Part shown: positions 1 to 7,792 of the stretch, piece by piece
Numbering within the stretch: the stretch's first letter is position 1
Layout of the letters: each line of letters begins with the position of its first letter
NCBI RefSeq assembly: GCF_000284115.1
Contig: NC_017080.1
Location: forward strand, 2,880,001 to 2,912,000
Length of the DNA stretch: 32,000 nt
Source: Phycisphaera mikurensis NBRC 102666
GTDB lineage: Bacteria; Planctomycetota; Phycisphaerae; Phycisphaerales; Phycisphaeraceae
Direction: 5' to 3'
The notes under the pieces: model-generated
Database searches by the model: none
Told to the model about the DNA's origin: nothing
Seen by the model: only the letters and a program-made list of their open reading frames with translations
Program-made: the position numbers and the translations under genes

Positions 1-1346
1 GGACCCCGAAGCAGGCCGGCGTGGAGGTGCGGCCGCCGGACATCAACCTCTCCGACGTCGCGTTCACGGTCGTGTACGAGAGCGGCGAGGAGCGCCGGGC
101 CGACACCGGCCACATCCGCTTCGGGCTCTCCGCGGTCAAGGGCGTGGGCGAGAAGGCGATCACCAGCGTGATCGCCGAGCGGGCGAAGAACGGGCCCTTC
201 CGCGGGCTCTTCGACTTCTGCGAGCGTGTGGACCTGCGGGCCTGCAACAAGAGCACGCTGGACGCGCTCATCAAGTGCGGCGCCTTCGACTCGCTGCACG
301 GGATCGAGAAGCGATCCGCCTGCTCGGACGCGCTCGAGGCCGCGATGAAGGCCGGCCAGCGCGCCGCCGCCGACAAGGCCAGCGGCCAGATGGGCATGTT
401 CGGGGCACCCTCCCCCGAACCGAGCACGGGCGTGCAGGCGGCCACGGCCGGGGGAGCGGCCGAGCCCGACCTGCCCGCCTCGGTGCCGTGGACCAAGAAA
501 CAGACGCTGGAGTTCGAGAAGGACGTGATGGGCATGTACGTGTCGTCGCACCCGCTCCACGATCACGCGGGCGCGCTGCACAACTTCAGCTCCTGTGCGA
601 TCGCGGAGGTGGACCGCCTGCCCGCCGACACGCCGGTGGTCCTGGGCGGCATGCTCTCCCGCGTCCGCGGCACGGTGGTCAAGCGTGGCAAGAGCGCCGG
701 CGCCAAGATGGCGATGATCACGCTCGAGGACGACACCGGGGCCAAGATCGACGGCGTCGCCTTCGCCGACACCTACGCCCAGTGCAGCAACCACCTGCAG
801 ACCGACCGCGTCGTGCTGCTGGCCGGCAAGGTGGACCGCCGCCGCGAGGAGCCCAACATCGTGCTCGACAAGGTCATCCCCGTCGAGGACGCCGCGGAGC
901 ACCTGACCCGGGCCGTTCGGATCGTCATCGAGGAGGTCACCGAAGCCGACCTTCCCCCCGGCGAGCGTCTGCCCCCGGCGCAGGCCCCCGAGCACGTGCT
1001 GACGAAGCTGCGCGAGGTGCTGCGGCAGGCCGCGCAGCGGATCCACAACGGCGGCACGCCCGCCGGCGTGTCATTGGAGCTGCACGTCCGCGGCGACGGG
1101 CAGGGGGACGACCAGGTGGTGGAGATGCGGCTGGGCCAGGCCCGCGTCGCCGTCGACGAGGATCTGCTCGCCGGCGTCCGCGCCGTGCTCGAGGACTCGC
1201 CCCGGCACCGCGCCCGCTGCGTGCTGGAGGGACCAGCCCGCGTCGACGTCGGCGACGCCCTGAAGCGATACGGAGACGTCGCGAGCAAGGGCGACCTGAG
1301 CTTCGCCATGCACGACGACGGCGGGCAGAGCATCGATCGCTACTGA
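1..1346 (+). CDS. dnaE: DNA polymerase III subunit alpha, C-terminal part (5' end outside window)
   Basis: Open frame from the window edge (frame 3), with ...VEVRPPDINLSDVAF...IRFGLSAVKGVGEKAI...FCERVDLRACNKSTLDALIKCGAFDSL (DnaE finger/HhH region) followed by an OB-fold-like region (GGMLSRVRGTVVKRGKSAGAKMAMITLEDDTG). TGA at 1344-1346. Confidence 0.95.
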   Translation, partial: TPKQAGVEVRPPDINLSDVAFTVVYESGEERRADTGHIRFGLSAVKGVGEKAITSVIAERAKNGPFRGLFDFCERVDLRACNKSTLDALIKCGAFDSLHGIEKRSACSDALEAAMKAGQRAAADKASGQMGMFGAPSPEPSTGVQAATAGGAAEPDLPASVPWTKKQTLEFEKDVMGMYVSSHPLHDHAGALHNFSSCAIAEVDRLPADTPVVLGGMLSRVRGTVVKRGKSAGAKMAMITLEDDTGAKIDGVAFADTYAQCSNHLQTDRVVLLAGKVDRRREEPNIVLDKVIPVEDAAEHLTRAVRIVIEEVTEADLPPGERLPPAQAPEHVLTKLREVLRQAAQRIHNGGTPAGVSLELHVRGDGQGDDQVVEMRLGQARVAVDEDLLAGVRAVLEDSPRHRARCVLEGPARVDVGDALKRYGDVASKGDLSFAMHDDGGQSIDRY

Positions 1347-1660
1347 CGCTCCTCCCGAGAGCAGCCCGCCCGCTCGAGAGCCCGTCGTTCGTGGACGAGG
1401 CGCGTGGGCCGCACGCCCGACACCCCGGGAGGTCGATCGAGGCAGGAGCCTGCCGAGTCGGGCAGAAGCCGGTCACGAGGACGAGCAACCCTTGTCGGCC
1501 GCTGCCGCTGAGCATGCAGACGGCGCCGGCAGGAGGGTCGCACGCGACGGGGGCGCGGGCGGCGAACCCGCCGCCGCCAGGAGACCGCGGCGGAGGATGA
1601 GACGGCGGCGACCGGGTGGCCCCTCCGCCCAGACGCTGAGGGCCGAACCGCCTGCTGCGA

Positions 1661-2160
1661 GCGCGGCCAGGCGTGGCTGCGCGAGCTGAGCGGCAACGCC
1701 GCTCTGTCTGGCTTGTGCACGAGGAAGCTGGATCGCGACGCGGACAGCGTGGCGTCGCCACGCAGCTATCGCAGCCAGGCTGGCTTCGCGAGCTGAGCGG
1801 CGACGCCGCTCTGTCTGGCTTGTGCGCGAGGGAGCTGGGTCGCGACCCGGACAGCGTGGCGTCGCCACGCAGCTAGCGCGGCCAGGCTGGCTTCGAGAGC
1901 TGAGCGGCGACGCCGCTCTGTCTGCTTGTGCGCAAAGGAGCTGGATTGGCGACGCGGCCAGGCTGGCTTCGCGAGCTGAGCGGCGACGCCGCTCTGTCTG
2001 CTTGTGCGCGAGGGAGCTGGATCGGGAGTCGGACAGCGTGGCGTCGCCACGCAGCTACCGCGGCCAGCCTGGCTTCGAGAGCTGAGCGGCGACGCCGCTC
2101 TGTCTGCCTTGTGCGCGAGGGAGTTGGATCGCCACCCGGACGGCGTGGCGTCGCCGCGCG
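1661..2160. repeat. Five-copy imperfect tandem repeat, unit ~107 bp, non-coding, between convergent genes
   Basis: The landmark GAGCGGCRACGCCGCTC occurs at 1688, 1795, 1902, 1978 and 2084 (spacings 107, 107, 76, 106). Unit approx. GCGCGGCCAGGCTGGCTTCGCGAGCTGAGCGGCGACGCCGCTCTGTCTGGCTTGTGCGCGAGGGAGCTGGATCGCGACCCGGACAGCGTGGCGTCGCCACGCAGCTA. Confidence 0.95.
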
Positions 2161-2167
2161 GGCCGAC

Positions 2168-3757
2168 TCACCCGCCGGTGCCCGCGGCGAGCGCCAGCAC
2201 CGCTTCATACCGATCCTCGAAGAAGGCGCTCCAGGCGAGCTGACGCTTCATGCCTTCGTCGCCGCCGGGGCCTCTGAGCTGGAGCTTGAAGGCGTCGATC
2301 GCGGCGGCGGCTTCCGCGTGTCGCGGGGCGGAGGGGTCGGCGACCGCATCCCACCACCGCTGCTCCGTCAGCGACTCGTCGGGCCACGAAAGCGTGAGGG
2401 CGGGAGGCAGGGCGTCGAAGGCGGCGAGCATCTCCGCGCGGCGCGGGTGGCCCTCGGGCGTGGCGAGCAGGGCCTCCCACGCGGCCACGAGCAGGTCGTG
2501 GTGGTCGACGGCGAGGGCGTGCACGACCGGGGCGATCACCGGGAAGTAGCCGGGCACGCCATCGGGCACGGGGGAGGCGTCGGCGAAGGGGCGGGCCTCG
2601 CCATCGGTCCAGGTGGCGGTCTCTTCGGGCGTGTAGAGCGAGGCCAGCACGGGCAGGCGGCGGAGCTCGAAGCGGGCGGGACCGCCCGGCTCGCCGGCGC
2701 GGCGCTGCCAGAGGCGCTGGGCGGCGGGCCGGATCACGAAGGCGATGAAGTCCTCCGCGTCGTCGCGGTGCGGGGCGCCGCGGAGGAGCGTGACGGGATC
2801 CGCGCTGGCGACGGTTTGGCTGCGGCCGCCGAGCACCGGGTCTGCGTAGCCGACGTCCGCGGCCGAGAAGCCCCCGTCCTCGCCGGCGGCGAAGCCGGCC
2901 TGGAAGCGTCCGTAGAAGTCGATGCAGATGCCCGCGGCGGCGTCGCCGCGCGCGACATCCATCGGGATCTTCGTGGAGGCGGCGGCGAAGTACCGGCTGT
3001 TGGCGAAGACCCGGCGGAGCGTCCGCCAGCCGCGGGTCCAGCCCTGCCGGCGGAGCACCGTCTCCAGCGTGGCCGCGACGGAGCTGGAGTGGCCGGGATC
3101 CGCCATCGCGACCTGCCCGAGGTAGGCGGGCGCGGCGAGGTCGCCCCAGTCGCGTGGCTCCGGCAGGCCGAGCATCGTGAGCAGGTCGCGGTTGTAGACG
3201 ATGCCGAAGCTGGACAGCGCCGTGCCGGTCCAGCGGTTGTCCTCCCCGAGCAGCGGCTCCCCGCCGATGTCGCGGCTCGGGAAGGCCTCGGCCAGCAGGC
3301 CGGCGGGCAGATCCGGCGCGACCGACACCGGGTGCTGCCGGCCGTCCGGCCCCTCCACGCCGGCGATCAGCTTGTCGTGGTCGTACGCGCCGCCACCGAA
3401 GAGCAGGTCGGCGCCGATGCCGCGGTCCAGGGCCGCCTCGGGGTCGTCCCCGCGGCCGAGCAACGCCTGGAACTGGTCGAGGATCCCCCGACGCAGGTCC
3501 GACGTGCCGCCGGAGGCCCGCCAGTCGAAACCCACCGCCGGGAGGCCGCGGGCGGCTCGGTCCGCCGCGTAGGCCCGCTCGAACTCTTCGCGGATCTGCT
3601 CGTTGTGGGGCGTGTAGACGACCAACCGGGCGTCGGCTCCGCCGGGCCCCTCCCGCACCGCCACGGCCCCGAGGCCGAAAGCCCGCAGGGCGTAGGGCAG
3701 GCCGATGACGCCCGCGAGCGCGAGCACGACGAGCAGCTTGGGGAGGTGGTCCCGCAT
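2168..3757 (-). CDS. Membrane-anchored extracellular solute-binding protein (iron/spermidine-type periplasmic binding fold)
   Basis: N-terminal hydrophobic segment MRDHLPKLLVVLALAGVIGLPYALRAF, then LVVYTPHNEQIREEFERAY, WRASGGTSDLRR, ADLLFGG, RWTGTALSSFGIVYNRD. ATG at 3757 on minus strand, stop at 2168. Confidence 0.75.
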   Translation of the reverse strand: MRDHLPKLLVVLALAGVIGLPYALRAFGLGAVAVREGPGGADARLVVYTPHNEQIREEFERAYAADRAARGLPAVGFDWRASGGTSDLRRGILDQFQALLGRGDDPEAALDRGIGADLLFGGGAYDHDKLIAGVEGPDGRQHPVSVAPDLPAGLLAEAFPSRDIGGEPLLGEDNRWTGTALSSFGIVYNRDLLTMLGLPEPRDWGDLAAPAYLGQVAMADPGHSSSVAATLETVLRRQGWTRGWRTLRRVFANSRYFAAASTKIPMDVARGDAAAGICIDFYGRFQAGFAAGEDGGFSAADVGYADPVLGGRSQTVASADPVTLLRGAPHRDDAEDFIAFVIRPAAQRLWQRRAGEPGGPARFELRRLPVLASLYTPEETATWTDGEARPFADASPVPDGVPGYFPVIAPVVHALAVDHHDLLVAAWEALLATPEGHPRRAEMLAAFDALPPALTLSWPDESLTEQRWWDAVADPSAPRHAEAAAAIDAFKLQLRGPGGDEGMKRQLAWSAFFEDRYEAVLALAAGTGG

Positions 3758-3797
3758 CGCGGACGAGGGTACCCGGGCGTGCCGTAGGATCCCGGCC

Positions 3798-4805
3798 GTG
3801 AAGGTCCTGCTCGCCAACCCCCGCGGCTTCTGCGCCGGCGTCGAGATGGCGATCGACACCGTGCAGGAGCTGGTCGACCTGATCGGGACGCCGCTCTACG
3901 TGTTCCACGCGATCGTGCACAACAAGCACGTGGTCGAGCGTTTCGTGGAGCAGGGCGTGACCTTCGTGGAGAGGATCGACGAGGTGCCCGAGGGCGAGAC
4001 GGTCGTCTTCAGCGCGCACGGCGTCTCGCCGGCGGTGCGGGCGGAGGCGGCGGCGCGGGGGCTGAAGATGATCGACGCGACCTGCCCGCTGGTCACCAAG
4101 GTGCACGTGGAAGCCCGCCGCTACGCCCGCATGGGCCGGCACATCCTGCTGATCGGCCACGCGGATCACCAGGAGGTGAAGGGCACGCTCGGCGAGGCGC
4201 CCGCCGACACCACGGTGGTGGAGTCCGCGGCGGACGTCGCGGAGCTGGACTTCCCGCCGGATCAGGAGCTCATCTACCTGACGCAGACGACGCTGTCGGT
4301 GGACGATGCGCAGACCGTGATCCGGGCCATCGAGGCGCGCTTCCCCCGGTGCACCGCCCCGCCGAAGGAAGACATCTGCTACGCGACCACGAACCGGCAG
4401 CACGCGGTGATGGAGCTGGCCAGCCAGGCGGACCTGACGCTGGTGGTCGGCTCGGCGAACAGCAGCAACAGCGTGCGGCTGACCGAGATCAGCGAGAACC
4501 GCGGGACCCCGGGCCGGCTGGTCGACGACGCGAGCGGGCTGGACCCGGCCTGGTTCGAGGGCGTGGAGACGGTGCTGCTGACCGCGGGGGCCTCGGCGCC
4601 CGAGGACCTCGTCGAGGGCGTGAAGCGGTGGCTGATCGAGCGCTTCGGCGCCGAGGTGGAGGACCCCGAGCCGGTGGACGAGGGCATGAACTTCGCGCTC
4701 CCGGTGGAGCTCCGCGTGATGATCAACCGCGGCGGCGGCAAGCCCAAGACGCACCGGCGGCGGCCCGAGCCGACGCACGCGGCGACGCCGGGATCCGACG
4801 CTTGA
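3798..4805 (+). CDS. ispH: 4-hydroxy-3-methylbut-2-enyl diphosphate reductase
   Basis: VKVLLANPRGFCAGVEMAIDTV, YVFHAIVHNKHVVE, SAHGVSP, DATCPLVTKVHVE, GHADHQEVKGT, QTTLSVDD, CYATTNRQ, VVGSANSSNSVRL. GTG start. Confidence 0.97.
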   Translation: MKVLLANPRGFCAGVEMAIDTVQELVDLIGTPLYVFHAIVHNKHVVERFVEQGVTFVERIDEVPEGETVVFSAHGVSPAVRAEAAARGLKMIDATCPLVTKVHVEARRYARMGRHILLIGHADHQEVKGTLGEAPADTTVVESAADVAELDFPPDQELIYLTQTTLSVDDAQTVIRAIEARFPRCTAPPKEDICYATTNRQHAVMELASQADLTLVVGSANSSNSVRLTEISENRGTPGRLVDDASGLDPAWFEGVETVLLTAGASAPEDLVEGVKRWLIERFGAEVEDPEPVDEGMNFALPVELRVMINRGGGKPKTHRRRPEPTHAATPGSDA

Positions 4806-5407
4806 GCGCGGCGTCGTCGCCCTGGGACCTCGGCCGCGGGCCGGCGGCGGTCGGCGCCGCACCGGGCGTGCGGTGCCACGCCACCGGGGCCTTGATCGCG
4901 CCCGGCGAGGCGTGCCGCTCGGTGCTGATCCCGGCGGAGCCGGCGGGGGAGGCGAGCGATCGGCCCGCCGGCTCGCCCTTCCAGCGGATCGACGTTTCCG
5001 AGGCCGCCTGGGCCGCGGGGCACCGGCCCGCCCACGCCTACTCCCACTGGCGCGGCCGCGTGCCCGACGCGGCCACGCCGCGGCGGGAGCCGCTGGACGT
5101 GCCCGGGCTGCTGGAGCTGGTCACGCGGCTGGGCGAGGGCGACGCCGACGAGGAGCACGGCGTCGCCGCCTTCCGCTTCGTGCTGGCGTTGCTCTTGATG
5201 CGGCGGAAGATGCTGCGGCTCGACGGCACCCGCGAGGCGGGCGACCGCACCGTCTGGACCTTCACGCGGAAGGAGAACGTGGCCCGCGGGCCGCTGGGAC
5301 GCTGGGCGGAGGGCGACACGCTGGACGTCGCCGATCCGGGGCTCACCGACGAGGACGCGGTCGCGGTCGCGGCTCAGCTGCACGAAGCCCTGGGGGTGGA
5401 ACCTTGA
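4802..5407 (+). CDS. Conserved hypothetical protein (small protein family apparently found in Planctomycetota)
   Basis: Continuous frame starting TTG at 4802, overlapping the ispH stop (TTGA). GVRCHATGALIAPGEACRSVLI...FRFVLALLLMRRKMLRLDGTREAGDRTVWTFTRKEN. Start codon is inferred. Confidence 0.65.
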   Translation: MSAASSPWDLGRGPAAVGAAPGVRCHATGALIAPGEACRSVLIPAEPAGEASDRPAGSPFQRIDVSEAAWAAGHRPAHAYSHWRGRVPDAATPRREPLDVPGLLELVTRLGEGDADEEHGVAAFRFVLALLLMRRKMLRLDGTREAGDRTVWTFTRKENVARGPLGRWAEGDTLDVADPGLTDEDAVAVAAQLHEALGVEP

Positions 5408-6267
5408 GAACGCCGCTGCTCCTGGGGATCCTCCTGGTCCTGGCGCTGCCCGGCTGCCGGGCGCCCGCGGGCGGTGGCGGCGGCGCGGCGGGCGCCCCCT
5501 TGGTCCCCCCGCCGATCGGGAACGCCGGCCAGAGAGTCCCGGCCTACGGCGAGGTCATCCGCCGCTACAACGCCGCCGCTCCGGCCGGGCTCTCCCGCTT
5601 CTCTGCCTCCGTCGGCGTCGAGCTGGCCTACGCCGAGCCCGGCGGAGCGACGCGGGAGGAATCGGGCGCCGGGAAGCTGCTGTACCGCCGCCCAAGCGAC
5701 ACCGCCCTGTCGGTCGGCGTGCTCGGCAACACGATCCTCTGGGCGGGCTCCAACGCGAACCGCTGGTGGGTGTTCTCGGATCTGCACCGGGAGGGACGGC
5801 TGACGGACGGCCCGCTGGCCGGCGGTCCCTCCGGCGTCGCCGGCCTGCCCTTCCGCCCCGACGCCGTGCCGCTCGTGCTGGGCTTGCAACCGCTGGATCC
5901 CGACGCCGTGCCGCCGGAACCCGCCGTCGAGCGGGTCAACGGCTTCTGGCTCGTGGAGCCCCCGGGCGTCGGCGCCCGCCTGCTGATCGATCCGCGGACG
6001 GCCCGCGCGGTGCGCGTCGACCTGCTCGGCCCCGGAGGCCGCTCCCGCGTCGCGGTCCGCCTCGACGGCGAGGCCCCGGTCGCGGGGGCCGAGCCCGGCA
6101 CCACGCTGCCGCGGCTCATCGACGCTTACCCGCTCGACGGCGGCACGCGGCTGACCCTGACCGTCCGCTCCGCCGGCGCCGACGACCCCGCCCTCCGGGA
6201 CCGGCTCTTCGACCTGGACTTCCTGATCGGCTACCACCGCCCCGCGACCCGCGACGGCGAGCCCTGA
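5404..6267 (+). CDS. Putative lipoprotein, LolA/outer-membrane-lipoprotein-sorting-like
   Basis: Lipobox-like signal peptide LRTPLLLGILLVLALPGC; internal LLYRRPSDTALSVGVLGNTILWAGSNANRWWVFSD. TTG start overlaps the upstream stop as TTGA. Confidence 0.65.
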   Translation: MRTPLLLGILLVLALPGCRAPAGGGGGAAGAPLVPPPIGNAGQRVPAYGEVIRRYNAAAPAGLSRFSASVGVELAYAEPGGATREESGAGKLLYRRPSDTALSVGVLGNTILWAGSNANRWWVFSDLHREGRLTDGPLAGGPSGVAGLPFRPDAVPLVLGLQPLDPDAVPPEPAVERVNGFWLVEPPGVGARLLIDPRTARAVRVDLLGPGGRSRVAVRLDGEAPVAGAEPGTTLPRLIDAYPLDGGTRLTLTVRSAGADDPALRDRLFDLDFLIGYHRPATRDGEP

Positions 6268-6268
6268 G

Positions 6269-6306
6269 GGCTCGCACGGCCGCGGCCGGCCGCGGCCGTG
6301 CGAGCC
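6269..6306. terminator. Perfect 38-bp GC-only-stem palindrome between convergent genes; candidate bidirectional terminator without U-tract
   Basis: GGCTCGCACGGCCGCGGCC|GGCCGCGGCCGTGCGAGCC, 1 nt after the TGA at 6265-6267. Confidence 0.55.
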
Positions 6307-6375
6307 GCGACGCCACCGGACCTGCTGCCGCGCACCGCCGGCCCCGACGCGGCGGGCGGCCGCCGATCCGCGGAC

Positions 6376-7686
6376 TCAGCCCGTCACCAGCACCCCGAAG
6401 AGCATCAGCAGCACGCCGAGGGCCGTCACCCAGCCGATCACCGCGAGCCACATCATCAGCGTGCCGTCGGGCCCGCGGGCGCCCTCGGCACCCAGCCCGT
6501 CGGCCGCGGCGGAGGCGAGCCCGCCGCCGCGTTCCAGGTCCGAGAGGCTGTTGACGTCGAAGACCCGCCGCGCCTGCAGCGGCGGCTCGCCGCGATCGAT
6601 CGCCTGCAGGTCGGCGAGGAGGTCGCCCGTCGAGTTGTAGCGCTGGTCCGGCGACTTCGCCATGCAGACCTCGATCACCTCCGCCACGCCGCTCACGAGG
6701 TTGGGGTTGATGTGGTCCGGCGGGACGATCTGCTCGTTGAGGTGCTTGCGCATCACCGCGGAGGGGTTCGCGCCGTCGAAGGGCACCTTCCCGGTGACCA
6801 TGTGGTAGAGGGTGGCCCCCAGCGAGTAGATGTCGGCTCGGAAGTCGACGTTGACCTCGCCGCGGATTTGCTCGGGGCTGATGTAGTAGGGCGTGCCGTA
6901 CGCCTTGCCGGCCTCGGCCTCGGCGGCCTCCCGGTCGGAGATCGCGCGGGCGAGGCCCATGTCCGCGAGCTTCGTGCGACCGGAGTGGTCGTCGATCATG
7001 ATGTTCTTGGGCTTCACGTCGCGGTGGATGAAACCCTGGCTGTGGGCGTGTGCGAGCGCCTCGGTGACGTCGATGGCCACCTTCAGCGCGTCGTGCTCGT
7101 CGTAGCGCCCTTTCGCGACGATGTCGTCGAAGACCGTCCGGCCGTCCACGAACTCCATCACGAAGTAGTGGTACGGGCCGGCGTTGGCCACGTCGAAGGC
7201 CTGCACGATGTTGGGGTGGTTCAGCTTCGCGGCCGCGCGCCCCTCGGCGTAGAACCGCTGGACGAAGTCCTCGCTCTTGGTGAACTTCTGCGGCAGCACC
7301 TTGATGGCCACCATCCGGTCCAGCGAGATCTGCTTCGCCTTGTAGACGGTGGCCATGGCGCCCGCGCCGAGCTTGCGGAGCACCTGGTAGCCGGGGATCT
7401 GCTGGCCGGCGCCGCGATCGGCCTCGGGCCGCAGCCGCTCGAGCTGGTTTCTCGTGACCACCCCCTCCTCCACCAGCACGTGGCCGAGCGTGCGGGAGCC
7501 GCCGGACGTCCCGGCTCCGGCGGTGGAGCCCTGCATCAGGCCGATGGCCTTCTCGCGGCAACGCTCCACCTCCTTGCTCGTCGCGAGCCCCCGCTCGACG
7601 ACGAGGCGGCCGACGGTGGAGTCGTAGTTGGATTCACCGGAAGGGGCGCTGCCGCTGGTGCTGCTCGAAGGAGAAGGGTCGCTCAT
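6376..7686 (-). CDS. Serine/threonine protein kinase with C-terminal transmembrane segment
   Basis: YQVLRKLGAGAMATVYKAKQ, VAIKVLP, HRDVKPKNIMI, KLADMGLARA, YGTPYYISPEQI, DIYSLGATLYHMVTGKVPF; C-terminal LMMWLAVIGWVTALGVLLMLFGVLVTG. Confidence 0.95.
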   Translation of the reverse strand: MSDPSPSSSTSGSAPSGESNYDSTVGRLVVERGLATSKEVERCREKAIGLMQGSTAGAGTSGGSRTLGHVLVEEGVVTRNQLERLRPEADRGAGQQIPGYQVLRKLGAGAMATVYKAKQISLDRMVAIKVLPQKFTKSEDFVQRFYAEGRAAAKLNHPNIVQAFDVANAGPYHYFVMEFVDGRTVFDDIVAKGRYDEHDALKVAIDVTEALAHAHSQGFIHRDVKPKNIMIDDHSGRTKLADMGLARAISDREAAEAEAGKAYGTPYYISPEQIRGEVNVDFRADIYSLGATLYHMVTGKVPFDGANPSAVMRKHLNEQIVPPDHINPNLVSGVAEVIEVCMAKSPDQRYNSTGDLLADLQAIDRGEPPLQARRVFDVNSLSDLERGGGLASAAADGLGAEGARGPDGTLMMWLAVIGWVTALGVLLMLFGVLVTG

Positions 7687-7792
7687 GGCAAAGCCGGCGC
7701 CGGAGGCCGGGCGGGAGAGAGGGGTGCAGGCGAGGAGGAGCTTACGGAACGGTCCGGAAGCCCGTTCGCCGCTGGCCGCTCGGGCAGCCTCC

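Noticed and set aside
1661-2160. CRISPR array or coding repeat protein
   Set aside because: The ~107-bp units are contiguous with no unique spacers, there are no cas genes, and unit length is not a multiple of 3, so the track ORFs here (1673-1876, 1822-2085, 2004-2243) are chance frames.
2205-4862. 885-codon plus-strand ORF
   Set aside because: Overlaps the solute-binding protein gene antisense and ispH out of frame; Arg/Pro/Ala-rich shadow translation.
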